Below, piece after piece: positions 9,375 through 19,084 of a DNA stretch of 64,000 nucleotides. The stretch's first letter is position 1. The number at the start of each line of letters is the position of its first letter. Origin of the DNA: Bacteroidia bacterium. GTDB lineage: Bacteria > Bacteroidota > Bacteroidia > Bacteroidales > VadinHA17. Below the pieces are notes generated by a model. That model searched no databases and was not told where the DNA came from. It worked only from the letters and a program-made list of their open reading frames with translations. Location of the stretch: positions 64,001-128,000 of the forward strand of contig JAPLDX010000058.1 of NCBI GenBank assembly GCA_026391215.1, written 5' to 3'. The position numbers were made by a program, and so were the translations under genes.

Positions 9375-12350
9375 ATGACAATTGTAGAAGGGATACTTGA
9401 TCTGCAGAAATACGATTTCACTGATACATCCTTTAACCTTCTTATGCAGAAACGGATCCATAAGGTACTGATAATCTGCAGCAACTATGACAACTATATG
9501 CTTGAAGAGGATGGAAGAATTGATGAGCAGATATTCAATGAATATGTATCCCTGAACCTGAGGTATCCTCCTGTATTTGTTCAGACAGACAATGCTGACG
9601 ATGCTTTTAATATCCTCCAGGGAGGCGATGTGGACCTGGTAATATCAATGTTAAGCCTTAAGGGAACTGATGTTTTTGCCCTGGCTAAAAGGATCAAGGA
9701 GCAGTATGAAGATATTCCAATTGTGGTGCTTACATACTTTTCACGGGAAGTTTCCTTAAGGCTCGAAGGAGAGGACCTCAGTGCCATTGATTATGTATTC
9801 TGCTGGCTGGGCGATGCTGCTCTTATCCTGGCAATAATAAAGCTTATTGAAGATAAGATGAACGCCGAGCACGATATTGAAAGTATTGGCGTTCAGTCTA
9901 TTATCCTTGTGGAGAACTCAATAAGATATATTTCATCATACCTGCCAAACCTTTACCGCATTGTGCTGATGCAATCGCTTGATTTCCAGAGAGAAGCATT
10001 GAATGAGCACCAGCGGATGCTGAAGATGAGAGGACGCCCGAAGATATTGCTTGCCACTAATTTCGAAGAGGCATTGACCCTGTATAATAAATATAAATAC
10101 AATGTTCTGGGCGTGATCTCCGATATCAGCTATAAAAAGGATGGTGTCCAGGATGAAAATGCCGGTATCGAGCTGTGCAAGGTTGTAATGGCCAATGATG
10201 ATAAAGTTCCTTTTCTTCTTCAGTCATCAAGTTATGAGCATCGAAGGTATGCTGAAGAGCTTGGTGCAGGTTATATCAACAAATATTCAAAATCGCTGGC
10301 TCTTGAGCTTCGTAATTTCATAATACAAAACCTTGCATTCGGACCGTTCGTTTTCAGAAATCCTGATACTCTGGAACCCATAGCCATTGCAACAGACCTG
10401 CAAAGCCTTCAGCAAAAGCTTCTTACAATTCCGGATAATTGCCTGGAGTACCATGCAACGAGGAATCATTTCTCTAAATGGCTTAATGCAAGGGCTTTAT
10501 TTCCTGTCGCTCAGATGTTTAAATACATCCGCAAGGAGGATTTTGAAACTATGGATGAAATGAGGAGGTTTCTTTATGTTGCCATATCAAGCTTCAGATT
10601 GGGAAAAGGACGGGGAGTGATAGCAAAGTTCGATAAATCAACATTCGATGAATACCAGATATTTTCACGTATAGGGGAAGGATCAATTGGTGGAAAAGCG
10701 AGGGGACTAGCATTCATTAACAGGATGATCAAGAATAATAAGCTGTTCAATAAGTTTCCTGATGTTTTGATAACAATCCCGCGGACTGTAGTATTAAGCA
10801 CCGATATCTTCGATGAATTCATGGATCATAACAACCTGTATTCGGTTGCCCTTTCGGACCTTTCAGATGACGAGATACTTAACAGGTTCATTAATGCTGA
10901 ACTTCCGGGAAGAGTATATCAGGATTTTTATGCTTTTCTGGCCGTTTCGAGAAATCACCCATTGGCTGTCCGCTCTTCAAGCAAGCTGGAAGATTCACAT
11001 TATCAGCCATTTGCTGGTGTCTATTCGACATATATGATACCCAGGCTTGCAGATAATAAGCTTATGGTAAAGATGCTGTCTGATGCTATAAAAGAAGTCT
11101 ATGCATCTGTATATTATAAAGCCAGCAAGGCATATATGACCGCTACATCGAATGTGATTGACGAGGAAAAAATGGGCATTGTTCTGCAGGAGATCTGTGG
11201 CAACAGGCATGGTGACATTTTCTATCCGACAATATCAGGTGTTGCCCAGTCTATTAATTACTATCCAATTGGGTCAGAAAAGGCGGAGGATGGCATTGCC
11301 AATGTGGCATTTGGACTGGGAAAACTAATCGTCGAAGGAGGAATATCACTGCGTTTCTGTCCGAAAATGCCTGGGAAAGCATTGCAGCTTTCATCTCCGG
11401 AATCTGCCCTCAGAGATACTCAGAAAGAATTCCGTGCCCTCGATCTTAATATGAACAGCTTTGTCCCTTCAACTGATGACGGGATTAATATTCCAAGGAT
11501 TGACATTAAGGATGCAAACAACGACGGGGCTATGAAATTCATTGCCTCTACGTACGATCATGAAAATAATGTTCTTCATGATGGATTATTTAACGCAGGG
11601 AAAAGAGTAATAACTTTTTCCGGAATTTTACAGCACAAATCCTTCCCTTTGGCTGAGACCCTTACAACACTGCTTGATATAGGCCAGAGGGAAATGAATA
11701 ATCCCATTGAAATTGAATTTGCCGTCAACCTCGAAACTCCTCCGGGTACGCCCAAAGTTTTTAACTTCCTGCAAATAAGGCCTATAGTGAATTCAGATGA
11801 GACATACAGCATCAATCTTGAGAAAGTTAAAACAGAAGAAACGATCATTCTTTCCAAATCAGCTCTCGGGAATGGTCTCTTTAAAGGAATTCATGACCTG
11901 ATTTATGTCAAACCTGAATCATTTAATGCAGCTCAGAATAAGACTGTTGCAGGTGTAATTGAAAATCTTAATTCAGGATTTGCCAAAGAAGGGAGAGGAT
12001 ATGTTCTTATTGGACCTGGACGCTGGGGCTCTACAGATCCCTGGCTTGGAATACCTGTCAAATGGCCCCAGATATCTGCAGCCAGGATCATCATAGAATC
12101 GGGATTAAAGAATTACAGGATAGACCCGAGTCAGGGAACTCACTTCTTCCAGAATCTTACATCATTCGGAGTCGGCTATTTTACGATAAATCCCTATATC
12201 AACGAAGGTTACTACAATGTAGATTTTCTGAACCGGCTTAGTGTGGTTTATGAAGACAGCTTCGTGCGGCATGTTCACTTTGAAAATCCACTCGAAATTA
12301 TGATCGATGGGAAGAGACATATGGGAGCAATAATGAAACCGGGGAATTAA
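9375..12350 (+). CDS. Receiver domains + PPDK/PEP-synthase N-terminal ATP-grasp protein (paralog of the upstream gene)
   Basis: Same architecture: GGKARGLAF, AVRSSSKLEDS, EIEFA, FLQIRP, GPGRWGS, QGTHFFQN. Confidence 0.85.
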   Translation: MTIVEGILDLQKYDFTDTSFNLLMQKRIHKVLIICSNYDNYMLEEDGRIDEQIFNEYVSLNLRYPPVFVQTDNADDAFNILQGGDVDLVISMLSLKGTDVFALAKRIKEQYEDIPIVVLTYFSREVSLRLEGEDLSAIDYVFCWLGDAALILAIIKLIEDKMNAEHDIESIGVQSIILVENSIRYISSYLPNLYRIVLMQSLDFQREALNEHQRMLKMRGRPKILLATNFEEALTLYNKYKYNVLGVISDISYKKDGVQDENAGIELCKVVMANDDKVPFLLQSSSYEHRRYAEELGAGYINKYSKSLALELRNFIIQNLAFGPFVFRNPDTLEPIAIATDLQSLQQKLLTIPDNCLEYHATRNHFSKWLNARALFPVAQMFKYIRKEDFETMDEMRRFLYVAISSFRLGKGRGVIAKFDKSTFDEYQIFSRIGEGSIGGKARGLAFINRMIKNNKLFNKFPDVLITIPRTVVLSTDIFDEFMDHNNLYSVALSDLSDDEILNRFINAELPGRVYQDFYAFLAVSRNHPLAVRSSSKLEDSHYQPFAGVYSTYMIPRLADNKLMVKMLSDAIKEVYASVYYKASKAYMTATSNVIDEEKMGIVLQEICGNRHGDIFYPTISGVAQSINYYPIGSEKAEDGIANVAFGLGKLIVEGGISLRFCPKMPGKALQLSSPESALRDTQKEFRALDLNMNSFVPSTDDGINIPRIDIKDANNDGAMKFIASTYDHENNVLHDGLFNAGKRVITFSGILQHKSFPLAETLTTLLDIGQREMNNPIEIEFAVNLETPPGTPKVFNFLQIRPIVNSDETYSINLEKVKTEETIILSKSALGNGLFKGIHDLIYVKPESFNAAQNKTVAGVIENLNSGFAKEGRGYVLIGPGRWGSTDPWLGIPVKWPQISAARIIIESGLKNYRIDPSQGTHFFQNLTSFGVGYFTINPYINEGYYNVDFLNRLSVVYEDSFVRHVHFENPLEIMIDGKRHMGAIMKPGN

Positions 12351-12367
12351 CGGCACAACGGCATAAC
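12349..12367. repeat. Short 8-bp tandem repeat (AACGGCAY) between convergent genes
   Basis: AACGGCAC AACGGCAT AAC; reverse complement of the units at 33884-33915. Confidence 0.5.
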
Positions 12368-12390
12368 AATCTGGAGATGCCGGGAGTTAA

Positions 12391-13272
12391 TCAGAAAACA
12401 ACCCCGTCAGTTGGAATATCCTTATTCACTTTTTTTATCAGTCCCTGAAGTACGCTTCCCGGACCCACTTCAGTAAAAGAAGTTGCTCCTCCGGCAATCA
12501 TGTTCAGGATGGTCTGTGTCCATCTTACCGGAGATGTAAGTTGCATGACAAGGTTTTTCCTTATAGTATCCGGATCGGTGGAATGATCAGCGTTAACATT
12601 CTGGTATACAGGGCATACCGGTCTGTTGAAATTTGTTGATCTGATGGCTTCCTCAAGCTCTGCTCTTGCCGGTTCCATGAGTGGTGAATGGAATGCACCG
12701 CCGACTGCCAGCTTAATGGCCCGCTTAACTCCTTTTTCCTTAAGAGCTTCAATAGCCTTGTCTATTCCTTCATTTGAGCCGGAGATAACTATCTGTCCCG
12801 GACTGTTATAATTGGCAGGTACCACAATTTCAGGAATGGAAGCACAAACATCCTCAACCATTTTATCATCCGCACCTATTATTGCAGCCATTGATGAAGG
12901 TGTCCTTTCACATGCTTTTTGCATTGCCATAGCTCTTTTTGACACAAGGATCAGCCCGTCTTCAAATAATAATGCTCTGCTGGCAACCAGCGCAGAGAAC
13001 TCCCCAAGTGAATGTCCTGCAACCATGTCCGGTTCAAATGCCTTACCGATAACTGCAGCAAGAATTGCTGAATGAAGAAAGATAGCAGGTTGTGTTACCC
13101 GGGTCTGTCTTAGATCTTCATCAGTGCCGTTGAACATTATATCAGTGATCCTGAAACCTAACAGATTATTGGCGTTTTCGAACATCTCTTTACCGGCTGC
13201 AGATCTTTCATAAAGATCCTTTCCCATACCTATATACTGTGCTCCCTGACCAGGGAAAACATATGCCTTCAT
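12391..13272 (-). CDS. fabD: Malonyl-CoA:ACP transacylase
   Basis: FPGQGAQ, GHSLGE, GAFHS, EVGPG motifs. Confidence 0.97.
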   Translation of the reverse strand: MKAYVFPGQGAQYIGMGKDLYERSAAGKEMFENANNLLGFRITDIMFNGTDEDLRQTRVTQPAIFLHSAILAAVIGKAFEPDMVAGHSLGEFSALVASRALLFEDGLILVSKRAMAMQKACERTPSSMAAIIGADDKMVEDVCASIPEIVVPANYNSPGQIVISGSNEGIDKAIEALKEKGVKRAIKLAVGGAFHSPLMEPARAELEEAIRSTNFNRPVCPVYQNVNADHSTDPDTIRKNLVMQLTSPVRWTQTILNMIAGGATSFTEVGPGSVLQGLIKKVNKDIPTDGVVF

Positions 13273-13303
13273 AGTTAGAAATTTGGATTAAATGCCGTCT
13301 CTG

Positions 13304-13951
13304 TTAATGCAGCCTTGATCCTATCAGATGAACAAACTCTTCGCGGGTATTCATATTTTCAAGAAATATTCCCGTGAAAGCTGATGTTGTAGTTACTGAA
13401 TTCTGCTTCTGGACACCCCTGATCTGCATGCACATATGCTGAGCTTCAATAACGACTGCAACACCAAGCGGCTTCAGGGTGTCCTGGATACAGTTCCTTA
13501 TCTGGGTGGTAAGTCTTTCCTGAACCTGCAGCCTCCTTGAATAAGCTTCAACTACGCGGGCGATCTTGCTTAATCCTGTGATATAGCCATCAGGTATATA
13601 TGCAACATGTGCTTTACCAAAGAACGGAAGCATGTGATGTTCGCACATCGAATAGAGATCAATGTCTTTTACAATGACCATCTGCCTGTATTCCTCCTTG
13701 AACATAGCCGAGGAAAGGATCTGTACAGGATCCATATTGTATCCAACGGTAAGGTAACTCATAGCTTTTGCCACCCTGACAGGTGTACGCAGCAATCCTT
13801 CCCTCTCAGGATCCTCACCAAGGAGCACCAGGATTCGTTTGTACATGACTGCCATCTCTTCAATGGTCTCAGCATTCCATGTCTCAATTTTATTATATCC
13901 ATCTTCTGTAGGTCCTGAACCGTCGTTAAATTTCTCAATTTTCTTAGCCAT
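13304..13951 (-). CDS. folE: GTP cyclohydrolase I
   Basis: [31 protein letters not shown]; the probable start is ATG 13951, overlapping the queD stop, rather than 14020. Confidence 0.96.
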   Translation of the reverse strand: MAKKIEKFNDGSGPTEDGYNKIETWNAETIEEMAVMYKRILVLLGEDPEREGLLRTPVRVAKAMSYLTVGYNMDPVQILSSAMFKEEYRQMVIVKDIDLYSMCEHHMLPFFGKAHVAYIPDGYITGLSKIARVVEAYSRRLQVQERLTTQIRNCIQDTLKPLGVAVVIEAQHMCMQIRGVQKQNSVTTTSAFTGIFLENMNTREEFVHLIGSRLH

Positions 13952-14354
13952 AGTATTCAATAGTATTATTTTCCGTTTCTTCAATTTTGACGCAATAAAG
14001 CTGTGCACCTTCTTTTTCAACCGGATCCTTCAGTTCATTCCAGATGGCTGTTGCAAGGTTTTCTGTTGTTGCAATTTTCCCCTTCATGAATTCAACTTCA
14101 AGATTGATATTTTTGTGATCAATTTTCAAGATCACTTTTTCCTGGATTATTTTTTTAAGGATGTCAATATTCATCACAAAGCCCTGGTTATCAGATGGTT
14201 TTCCTTTAATAGTTACCCAGAGTATATAATTATGTCCGTGCCAGTTTGGATTTGAGCATTTGCCAAAAACCTCCCTGTTCTTTTCATCAGACCAGTCCTG
14301 CCTGAACATCCTGTGTGCAGCACTAAATCTTTCTCTGCGTGTAAGATAGATCAT
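13944..14354 (-). CDS. queD: 6-carboxytetrahydropterin synthase / PTPS family
   Basis: [34 protein letters not shown]. Confidence 0.9.
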   Translation of the reverse strand: MIYLTRRERFSAAHRMFRQDWSDEKNREVFGKCSNPNWHGHNYILWVTIKGKPSDNQGFVMNIDILKKIIQEKVILKIDHKNINLEVEFMKGKIATTENLATAIWNELKDPVEKEGAQLYCVKIEETENNTIEYYG

Positions 14355-14441
14355 ATCACAGTGCGTTTAATTACAATATTAACTAATAAAGTTAAGGTTT
14401 TAAATGGTTTTAAATAATATATTTATGCATTGTAATCGTTA

Positions 14442-15137
14442 ATGAGGGTTGAACAGAGTCGAAGAATGTTGAAAGAAGTCTTAATAGTAGTTGCAACTGA
14501 TGCTGAAGCTGATGCTTTCAGGAAAATCAACGGTATAAAGTCTCATGAAAATGGTTTTCACTTCGGCAAATGTAATATCACACTTCTGGTCACAGGGGTA
14601 GGTTCCATTGCAACAGCATGGTCCATGACGAAATGGTTTTATTCTAATTTCCATCCGGAAATTGCCTTAAATATAGGTATTGCAGGCAGTTACAGGGACG
14701 ATATTAAGCCGGGAGAAGTAGTCGTCCCGGTATCGGATTGTTTTGCTGATGCTGGTATTGAAACAGAAGATGGTTTTATGACACTTGCTGAAGCCGGGAT
14801 GGAAGGCCCTCCATTCAGTGGAGGCAAGATCATTGCTGACAGCAAATATGTATCCCTGATACTGAAATTCTTAAGGCCCGTAGATGGCATCACCGTGAAT
14901 ACTGCTACAGGTTCTCTGAGTTCCATGGAAAAGGTAAGAAAGAAATTTAATCCCGATATCGAAACGATGGAGGGTGCGACTTTTTTTTATATTTGCAGCC
15001 GGGAAAAAGTACCTTTCATAGCAATTAGATCAATTTCGAACAGAGTTGGGCCCCGTGATAAGAGCAAATGGGATATACCGCTGGCTATCAATAATTTATC
15101 AGAAAGGCTGAAAGATATTTTAATAATGTTTGATTAA
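14442..15137 (+). CDS. mqnB: Futalosine hydrolase
   Basis: PNP/MTAN fold motifs TGVG, NIGIAG, ETMEGA, RSISNRV; adjacent to mqnD. Confidence 0.88.
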   Translation: MRVEQSRRMLKEVLIVVATDAEADAFRKINGIKSHENGFHFGKCNITLLVTGVGSIATAWSMTKWFYSNFHPEIALNIGIAGSYRDDIKPGEVVVPVSDCFADAGIETEDGFMTLAEAGMEGPPFSGGKIIADSKYVSLILKFLRPVDGITVNTATGSLSSMEKVRKKFNPDIETMEGATFFYICSREKVPFIAIRSISNRVGPRDKSKWDIPLAINNLSERLKDILIMFD

Positions 15138-15141
15138 AGAG

Positions 15142-15975
15142 ATGAAACTGACACTGGGTTTCTCACCTTGCCCAAACGACACATTTATTTTTGATGCCAT
15201 GGTGCACGGGAGAATAGATACTGAAGGGCTGAAGTTCGATTATTTTCTTGCTGATATAGAAGAGCTCAATAAAAGGGCATTCTCAGGGGATGTTGATATT
15301 ACAAAGATAAGCTTCTATGCTTATGCTTATGCGGCTCAGAATTACCTTATCCTTGATTCTGGAAGCGCCCTTGGTCACAAGAATGGTCCTCTCCTGATAA
15401 GTAAAAGAAGGATGGAATCCTCTGAACTTATTGACGCAAGAATTGCAATTCCCGGCAAATATACAACTGCAAATCTTCTCTTCAGCATATTCTGGCCAGA
15501 AGCGATAAATAAAACCGAATATCTTTTTTCAGATATTGAGGAGGCCTTGCTGAAGGAAGAAGTCGATGCAGGTCTCATAATCCATGAAAGCCGTTTCACA
15601 TATCATAAGAAAGGACTTCAAAAAATTGCAGATATGGGCGAATATTGGGAAAAATTTACCAGGCTGCCTATACCCCTTGGTACAATCGTAATCAACAGAA
15701 AAGTACCTGTTGAAACAGCTCTGAAAGTCAATCGTATTATCAACCGTAGCCTTGAATATGCTTATAACGACTCTCTTGCATCGTATGATTTTATTTTATC
15801 CAATGCTCAGGAGATGGAGAACACCGTCATGAATAAGCACATCAAGCTGTTCGTGAATAAATACACATCAAATCTTGGCAGGGATGGAAAGAAAGCTATC
15901 AGAGAGCTTTACCGGATTGCCAGGGGAAAAATGATTATTCCGGAATTACCGGAAGAGATCTTTCTGACAAAATGA
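15142..15975 (+). CDS. mqnD: 1,4-dihydroxy-6-naphthoate synthase
   Basis: LGFSPCPNDTFIF, PGKYTTANLL, IHESRFTY, PIPLG; start adjusted to ATG 15142. Confidence 0.93.
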   Translation: MKLTLGFSPCPNDTFIFDAMVHGRIDTEGLKFDYFLADIEELNKRAFSGDVDITKISFYAYAYAAQNYLILDSGSALGHKNGPLLISKRRMESSELIDARIAIPGKYTTANLLFSIFWPEAINKTEYLFSDIEEALLKEEVDAGLIIHESRFTYHKKGLQKIADMGEYWEKFTRLPIPLGTIVINRKVPVETALKVNRIINRSLEYAYNDSLASYDFILSNAQEMENTVMNKHIKLFVNKYTSNLGRDGKKAIRELYRIARGKMIIPELPEEIFLTK

Positions 15976-16031
15976 ATATAAATGCCTGAAAAAATTTACT
16001 ATTTTAGGTGTTCAGGTAAATAAGGTATCCA

Positions 16032-16604
16032 ATGAAACTAAAAGATCTTGTACTTAAAACCCGTTCGTACAGACGATTTGATGAATCGCATAGTATTGAA
16101 TATAAAACGCTTGAAGGACTTGTCGAACTTGCCAGGCTGTCAGCCTCCGGTGCCAACAGGCAGCCTTTGAAGTATGTAATCTGCAATTCACCCGGGGATT
16201 GTGCAAGAGTTTATCCTTCGGTGGTATGGGCAGCCTATCTTAAGGAATGGAATGGTCCGGAACCGGGGGAAAGACCTTCAGGATATATTATCATCCTTGG
16301 AGATAAATCAATCTCTGAAAGTTTCGGAGTGGACCATGGTATAGCAGCACAAAGTATAATGCTTGGCGCAACAGAAACCGGCCTGGGGGGCTGTATGATA
16401 GCCTCAATAAAGCGCGAACAACTTCGTGCTGAAATTAAAATTCCTGAAAAATATGAGATACTGCTTATACTGGCACTGGGCAAGCCAGTTGAAAATGTGA
16501 TTATTGATGAAATAAATGATGGTGATGTAAAATACTGGAGAGACAAAAATCAAAACCATCATGTACCAAAACGTCCTCTGAGTGAGTTAATAATTAAGCT
16601 TTAA
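16032..16604 (+). CDS. Nitroreductase family protein
   Basis: TRSYRRF, SASGANRQP, DHGIAAQSIMLGA, HVPKR. Confidence 0.9.
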   Translation: MKLKDLVLKTRSYRRFDESHSIEYKTLEGLVELARLSASGANRQPLKYVICNSPGDCARVYPSVVWAAYLKEWNGPEPGERPSGYIIILGDKSISESFGVDHGIAAQSIMLGATETGLGGCMIASIKREQLRAEIKIPEKYEILLILALGKPVENVIIDEINDGDVKYWRDKNQNHHVPKRPLSELIIKL

Positions 16605-16617
16605 CTGATATTCAGGC

Positions 16618-17334
16618 ATGAAGAAGCACTATTTTATCCTGTTATTTTTATGCTTTGCTTTCAGCTCATTAAAAGGCCAGGTGCTAAAGGATTCCGGTAC
16701 AAGGATACTTTTCCACGGCTTGGTAATAGATGCGAAAACCCTGAGCCCCATTTCGGGATCGCAAATCATTATTAACAGTGCTTTTTCTTCAGTAAGCGAT
16801 CAACAGGGTCAGTTTGCATTTTACATCAGAATAGGCGACACGGTCACTTTCAGCAGGCTTGGTTATAAAACAGCAATCCTTAATATCAGCGATACCCTGA
16901 CAGGAAAGGAATTCGTTGCAGGTATTTATATGAGCACAGATACACTAACGATAGACGAGGTGGTGATCATCCCGAGATATTCAAATCTGCGATCGGAAAT
17001 GTTCATGTCAAAACCGGAGTCAAGTACCCAGATGGAAAATGCAAGATATAACCTTGAAGTATCCTCCTATCAGGGAAGGATGGGTCAGAGCAAACTTGGG
17101 GATCCTTCAATAAACTATGAAATCCTTAGGCAGCAGCAACGTAGTGCCGCATATTCAAAAGGTCAGATCCCTTCTGACAGGATTGTAGGAATCAGCCCTT
17201 TAATGCTGATCCCTGCAGCATATCTTCTTATGAATGGATTGCCGGAAAAGCCATCTCCTTTCAAGCCTCAGCTTACTGAGCAGGAGGTGGACCGGATCCA
17301 CCGGAAATACATTGAATCTCTCAGGAGGAAATGA
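16618..17334 (+). CDS. Secreted protein with carboxypeptidase-regulatory-like (CarboxypepD_reg) domain
   Basis: Signal peptide, G.V.DAKT..PI, SD.QG.F, FS.LGYK, IDEVVI. Confidence 0.7.
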   Translation: MKKHYFILLFLCFAFSSLKGQVLKDSGTRILFHGLVIDAKTLSPISGSQIIINSAFSSVSDQQGQFAFYIRIGDTVTFSRLGYKTAILNISDTLTGKEFVAGIYMSTDTLTIDEVVIIPRYSNLRSEMFMSKPESSTQMENARYNLEVSSYQGRMGQSKLGDPSINYEILRQQQRSAAYSKGQIPSDRIVGISPLMLIPAAYLLMNGLPEKPSPFKPQLTEQEVDRIHRKYIESLRRK

Positions 17335-17342
17335 GAATGAAA

Positions 17343-17395
17343 ATTGCGGATTGCGGATTGTTGATTGCGAATTGAAAAAATCCGAAATCCGAAAT
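17343..17395. repeat. Inverted arrays of 7-bp tandem repeats between convergent genes
   Basis: ATTGCGG ATTGCGG ATTGTTG ATTGCGA facing AATCCGA AATCCGA AAT. Confidence 0.7.
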
Positions 17396-17396
17396 A

Positions 17397-18308
17397 TTAT
17401 CCTTTATAGAATATGGCTTTTATTATCTGGCTTGCCATCTTGGGATTTTCCTTTATCCTGCGGGTGCAGTAGCCGAACCATTTCTTTCCGAAAGGAACGT
17501 AAATCCTCATCTTATGTCCGTCACTTACAATAGAGTCGCGAAGATTAGGCGTAACGCCATAAAGCATCTGGAATTCATAAAGATGCGTTGAAACATTATA
17601 TTGTTTCAATAGTTGATAAGCACCGTCAATCAAAGGTTTATCATGTGTTGCAATCCCAACATGGAACTTATTTTTCAGCAGGAATTCCAGATCCTCAAGA
17701 TAGTGTTTATTGATCTCCTCGTACTTTTTATAGGAAATAGCCTCCGGCTCAACATAAATACCCTTACAAAGTCTGATACTTACAGGATAGGCTTCGCTGT
17801 TCAGGTCACTCATGCCTTTCAGATCATCAAGTGTCCTTTTGAGATATGCCTGAACAACAAGTCCCACATTAGCAGGGAATTCAGTTTTCAGTCTGCGGAA
17901 AAGCTCAACTTCGTCGGAGGTACATGGGGAATCTTCCATATCAATCCTGATAAAACCTTTATACGAGGCGGCTTTTGCAACTATTTCCCTCAGATGCCGG
18001 TAACAAACCTCCTTATCGATCAACAAACCGAAAAATGTAGGTTTTACTGAAAAATTACCAATAATTCCATTCTTAAATGTAACATCAATCAGGTCAAGAT
18101 ACTCCTGCTTGTTGGCTTCAGCTTCATCCAGATCCTTTATAAACTCTCCCAGCACGTCCAGCGTAACAAGAATATTCTTATTGTTAAAATCTTTTGACAC
18201 ACGTATTGCGTCATCAATGGTCTCACCTGAAATATATGAGTGTGAAAAGAGCCATACGAATTTCTTTGGGAAATAGGGTAATATTGCAGCAATAAATTTG
18301 TTAAACAT
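17397..18308 (-). CDS. Monofunctional proline dehydrogenase
   Basis: RIDMED, QAYLKRT, RLCKGIY, IATHD, EFQMLYG, YVPFG..W..Y..RR..E. Confidence 0.95.
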   Translation of the reverse strand: MFNKFIAAILPYFPKKFVWLFSHSYISGETIDDAIRVSKDFNNKNILVTLDVLGEFIKDLDEAEANKQEYLDLIDVTFKNGIIGNFSVKPTFFGLLIDKEVCYRHLREIVAKAASYKGFIRIDMEDSPCTSDEVELFRRLKTEFPANVGLVVQAYLKRTLDDLKGMSDLNSEAYPVSIRLCKGIYVEPEAISYKKYEEINKHYLEDLEFLLKNKFHVGIATHDKPLIDGAYQLLKQYNVSTHLYEFQMLYGVTPNLRDSIVSDGHKMRIYVPFGKKWFGYCTRRIKENPKMASQIIKAIFYKG

Positions 18309-18375
18309 AATCTGTATTAATTTAATAGGTTCATTTTATCAGGGGACTAATTAATATGAATTGAGTGCTTTTTTT

Positions 18376-18391
18376 AATGACCTTTGTCATT
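18376..18391. promoter_or_regulatory. Palindromic operator AATGA-N6-TCATT (CRP/FNR-like geometry) upstream of proline dehydrogenase
   Basis: AATGACCTTTGTCATT, lying between the minus-strand TATATTTG box (18408-18415) and the start codon. Confidence 0.5.
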
Positions 18392-18449
18392 GATTTAGGG
18401 TATATTGCAAATATAAAATTGTTTATTTTGAATTAATTTTTCAAACAAT

Positions 18450-18476
18450 GCAACCATTTATTTTTATGGTATGTCT
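18450..18476 (+). promoter_or_regulatory. Putative ECF-sigma-dependent autoregulatory promoter
   Basis: GCAACC-N16-TGTCT immediately upstream of the ECF sigma gene, matching the AAC/(C)GT ECF promoter pattern. Confidence 0.6.
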
Positions 18477-18494
18477 TCAAAATGTCCTCAGTTT

Positions 18495-19058
18495 ATGATG
18501 AGTGACGGGCAATTAATAGAGGGTTGCGCCAGACATGACAGAAAAGCGCAGCAGGAGTTGTACAACAGGTACTCTGGTTTTTTGCTTGGTGTGTGCATGA
18601 GATATGCAACTGATAAAGCTGAGGCAGAAGATATTTTGCAGGAAAGTTTTTTAAAGATTTTTTTCAATATAAAGGATTTTTCAGGAACGGGTTCTTTTAT
18701 AGGCTGGTTGAGGAAGATTGCAGTGAATACAGCAATAACTCATTATCATAAACACCTTAAGTTCAGATATCATATTGAAATTGAGGAGTTTATATCAGTT
18801 GAAACGGGGGTTTCAAGTTTTGAGGAAGACCTCTTTACATCTGATGAGTTGTATAAGGTTCTGAATGAACTGCCTGCAGGCTACAGAATGGTGTTTAACC
18901 TATATGCGGTTGAAGGATATAAGCATAAAGAGATAGCCGAAATGCTGGGTATCGATACAAATACATCGAAATCGCAGTACAGCAGGGCAAAAGGAGTGAT
19001 TAGGGAAAAGCTTGAAAAACTTCGTAAGCTGAAAGGCAAATATCCTGCAAGTGATTAA
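18495..19058 (+). CDS. ECF RNA polymerase sigma-70 factor
   Basis: AQQELY, AEDILQESFLKIF, GWLRKIAVN, LPAGYRMVFNLYAVEGYKHKEIA, TSKSQYSRAK; start likely 18495/18498 because 18471 overlaps the promoter. Confidence 0.95.
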   Translation: MMSDGQLIEGCARHDRKAQQELYNRYSGFLLGVCMRYATDKAEAEDILQESFLKIFFNIKDFSGTGSFIGWLRKIAVNTAITHYHKHLKFRYHIEIEEFISVETGVSSFEEDLFTSDELYKVLNELPAGYRMVFNLYAVEGYKHKEIAEMLGIDTNTSKSQYSRAKGVIREKLEKLRKLKGKYPASD

Positions 19059-19084
19059 TGAACAGAGATTGAATTTTTATAATA

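Noticed and set aside
13952-14020. Longer folE N-terminus overlapping queD
   Set aside because: It would overlap queD by 77 bp; ATG 13951 gives a typical 8-bp coupling.
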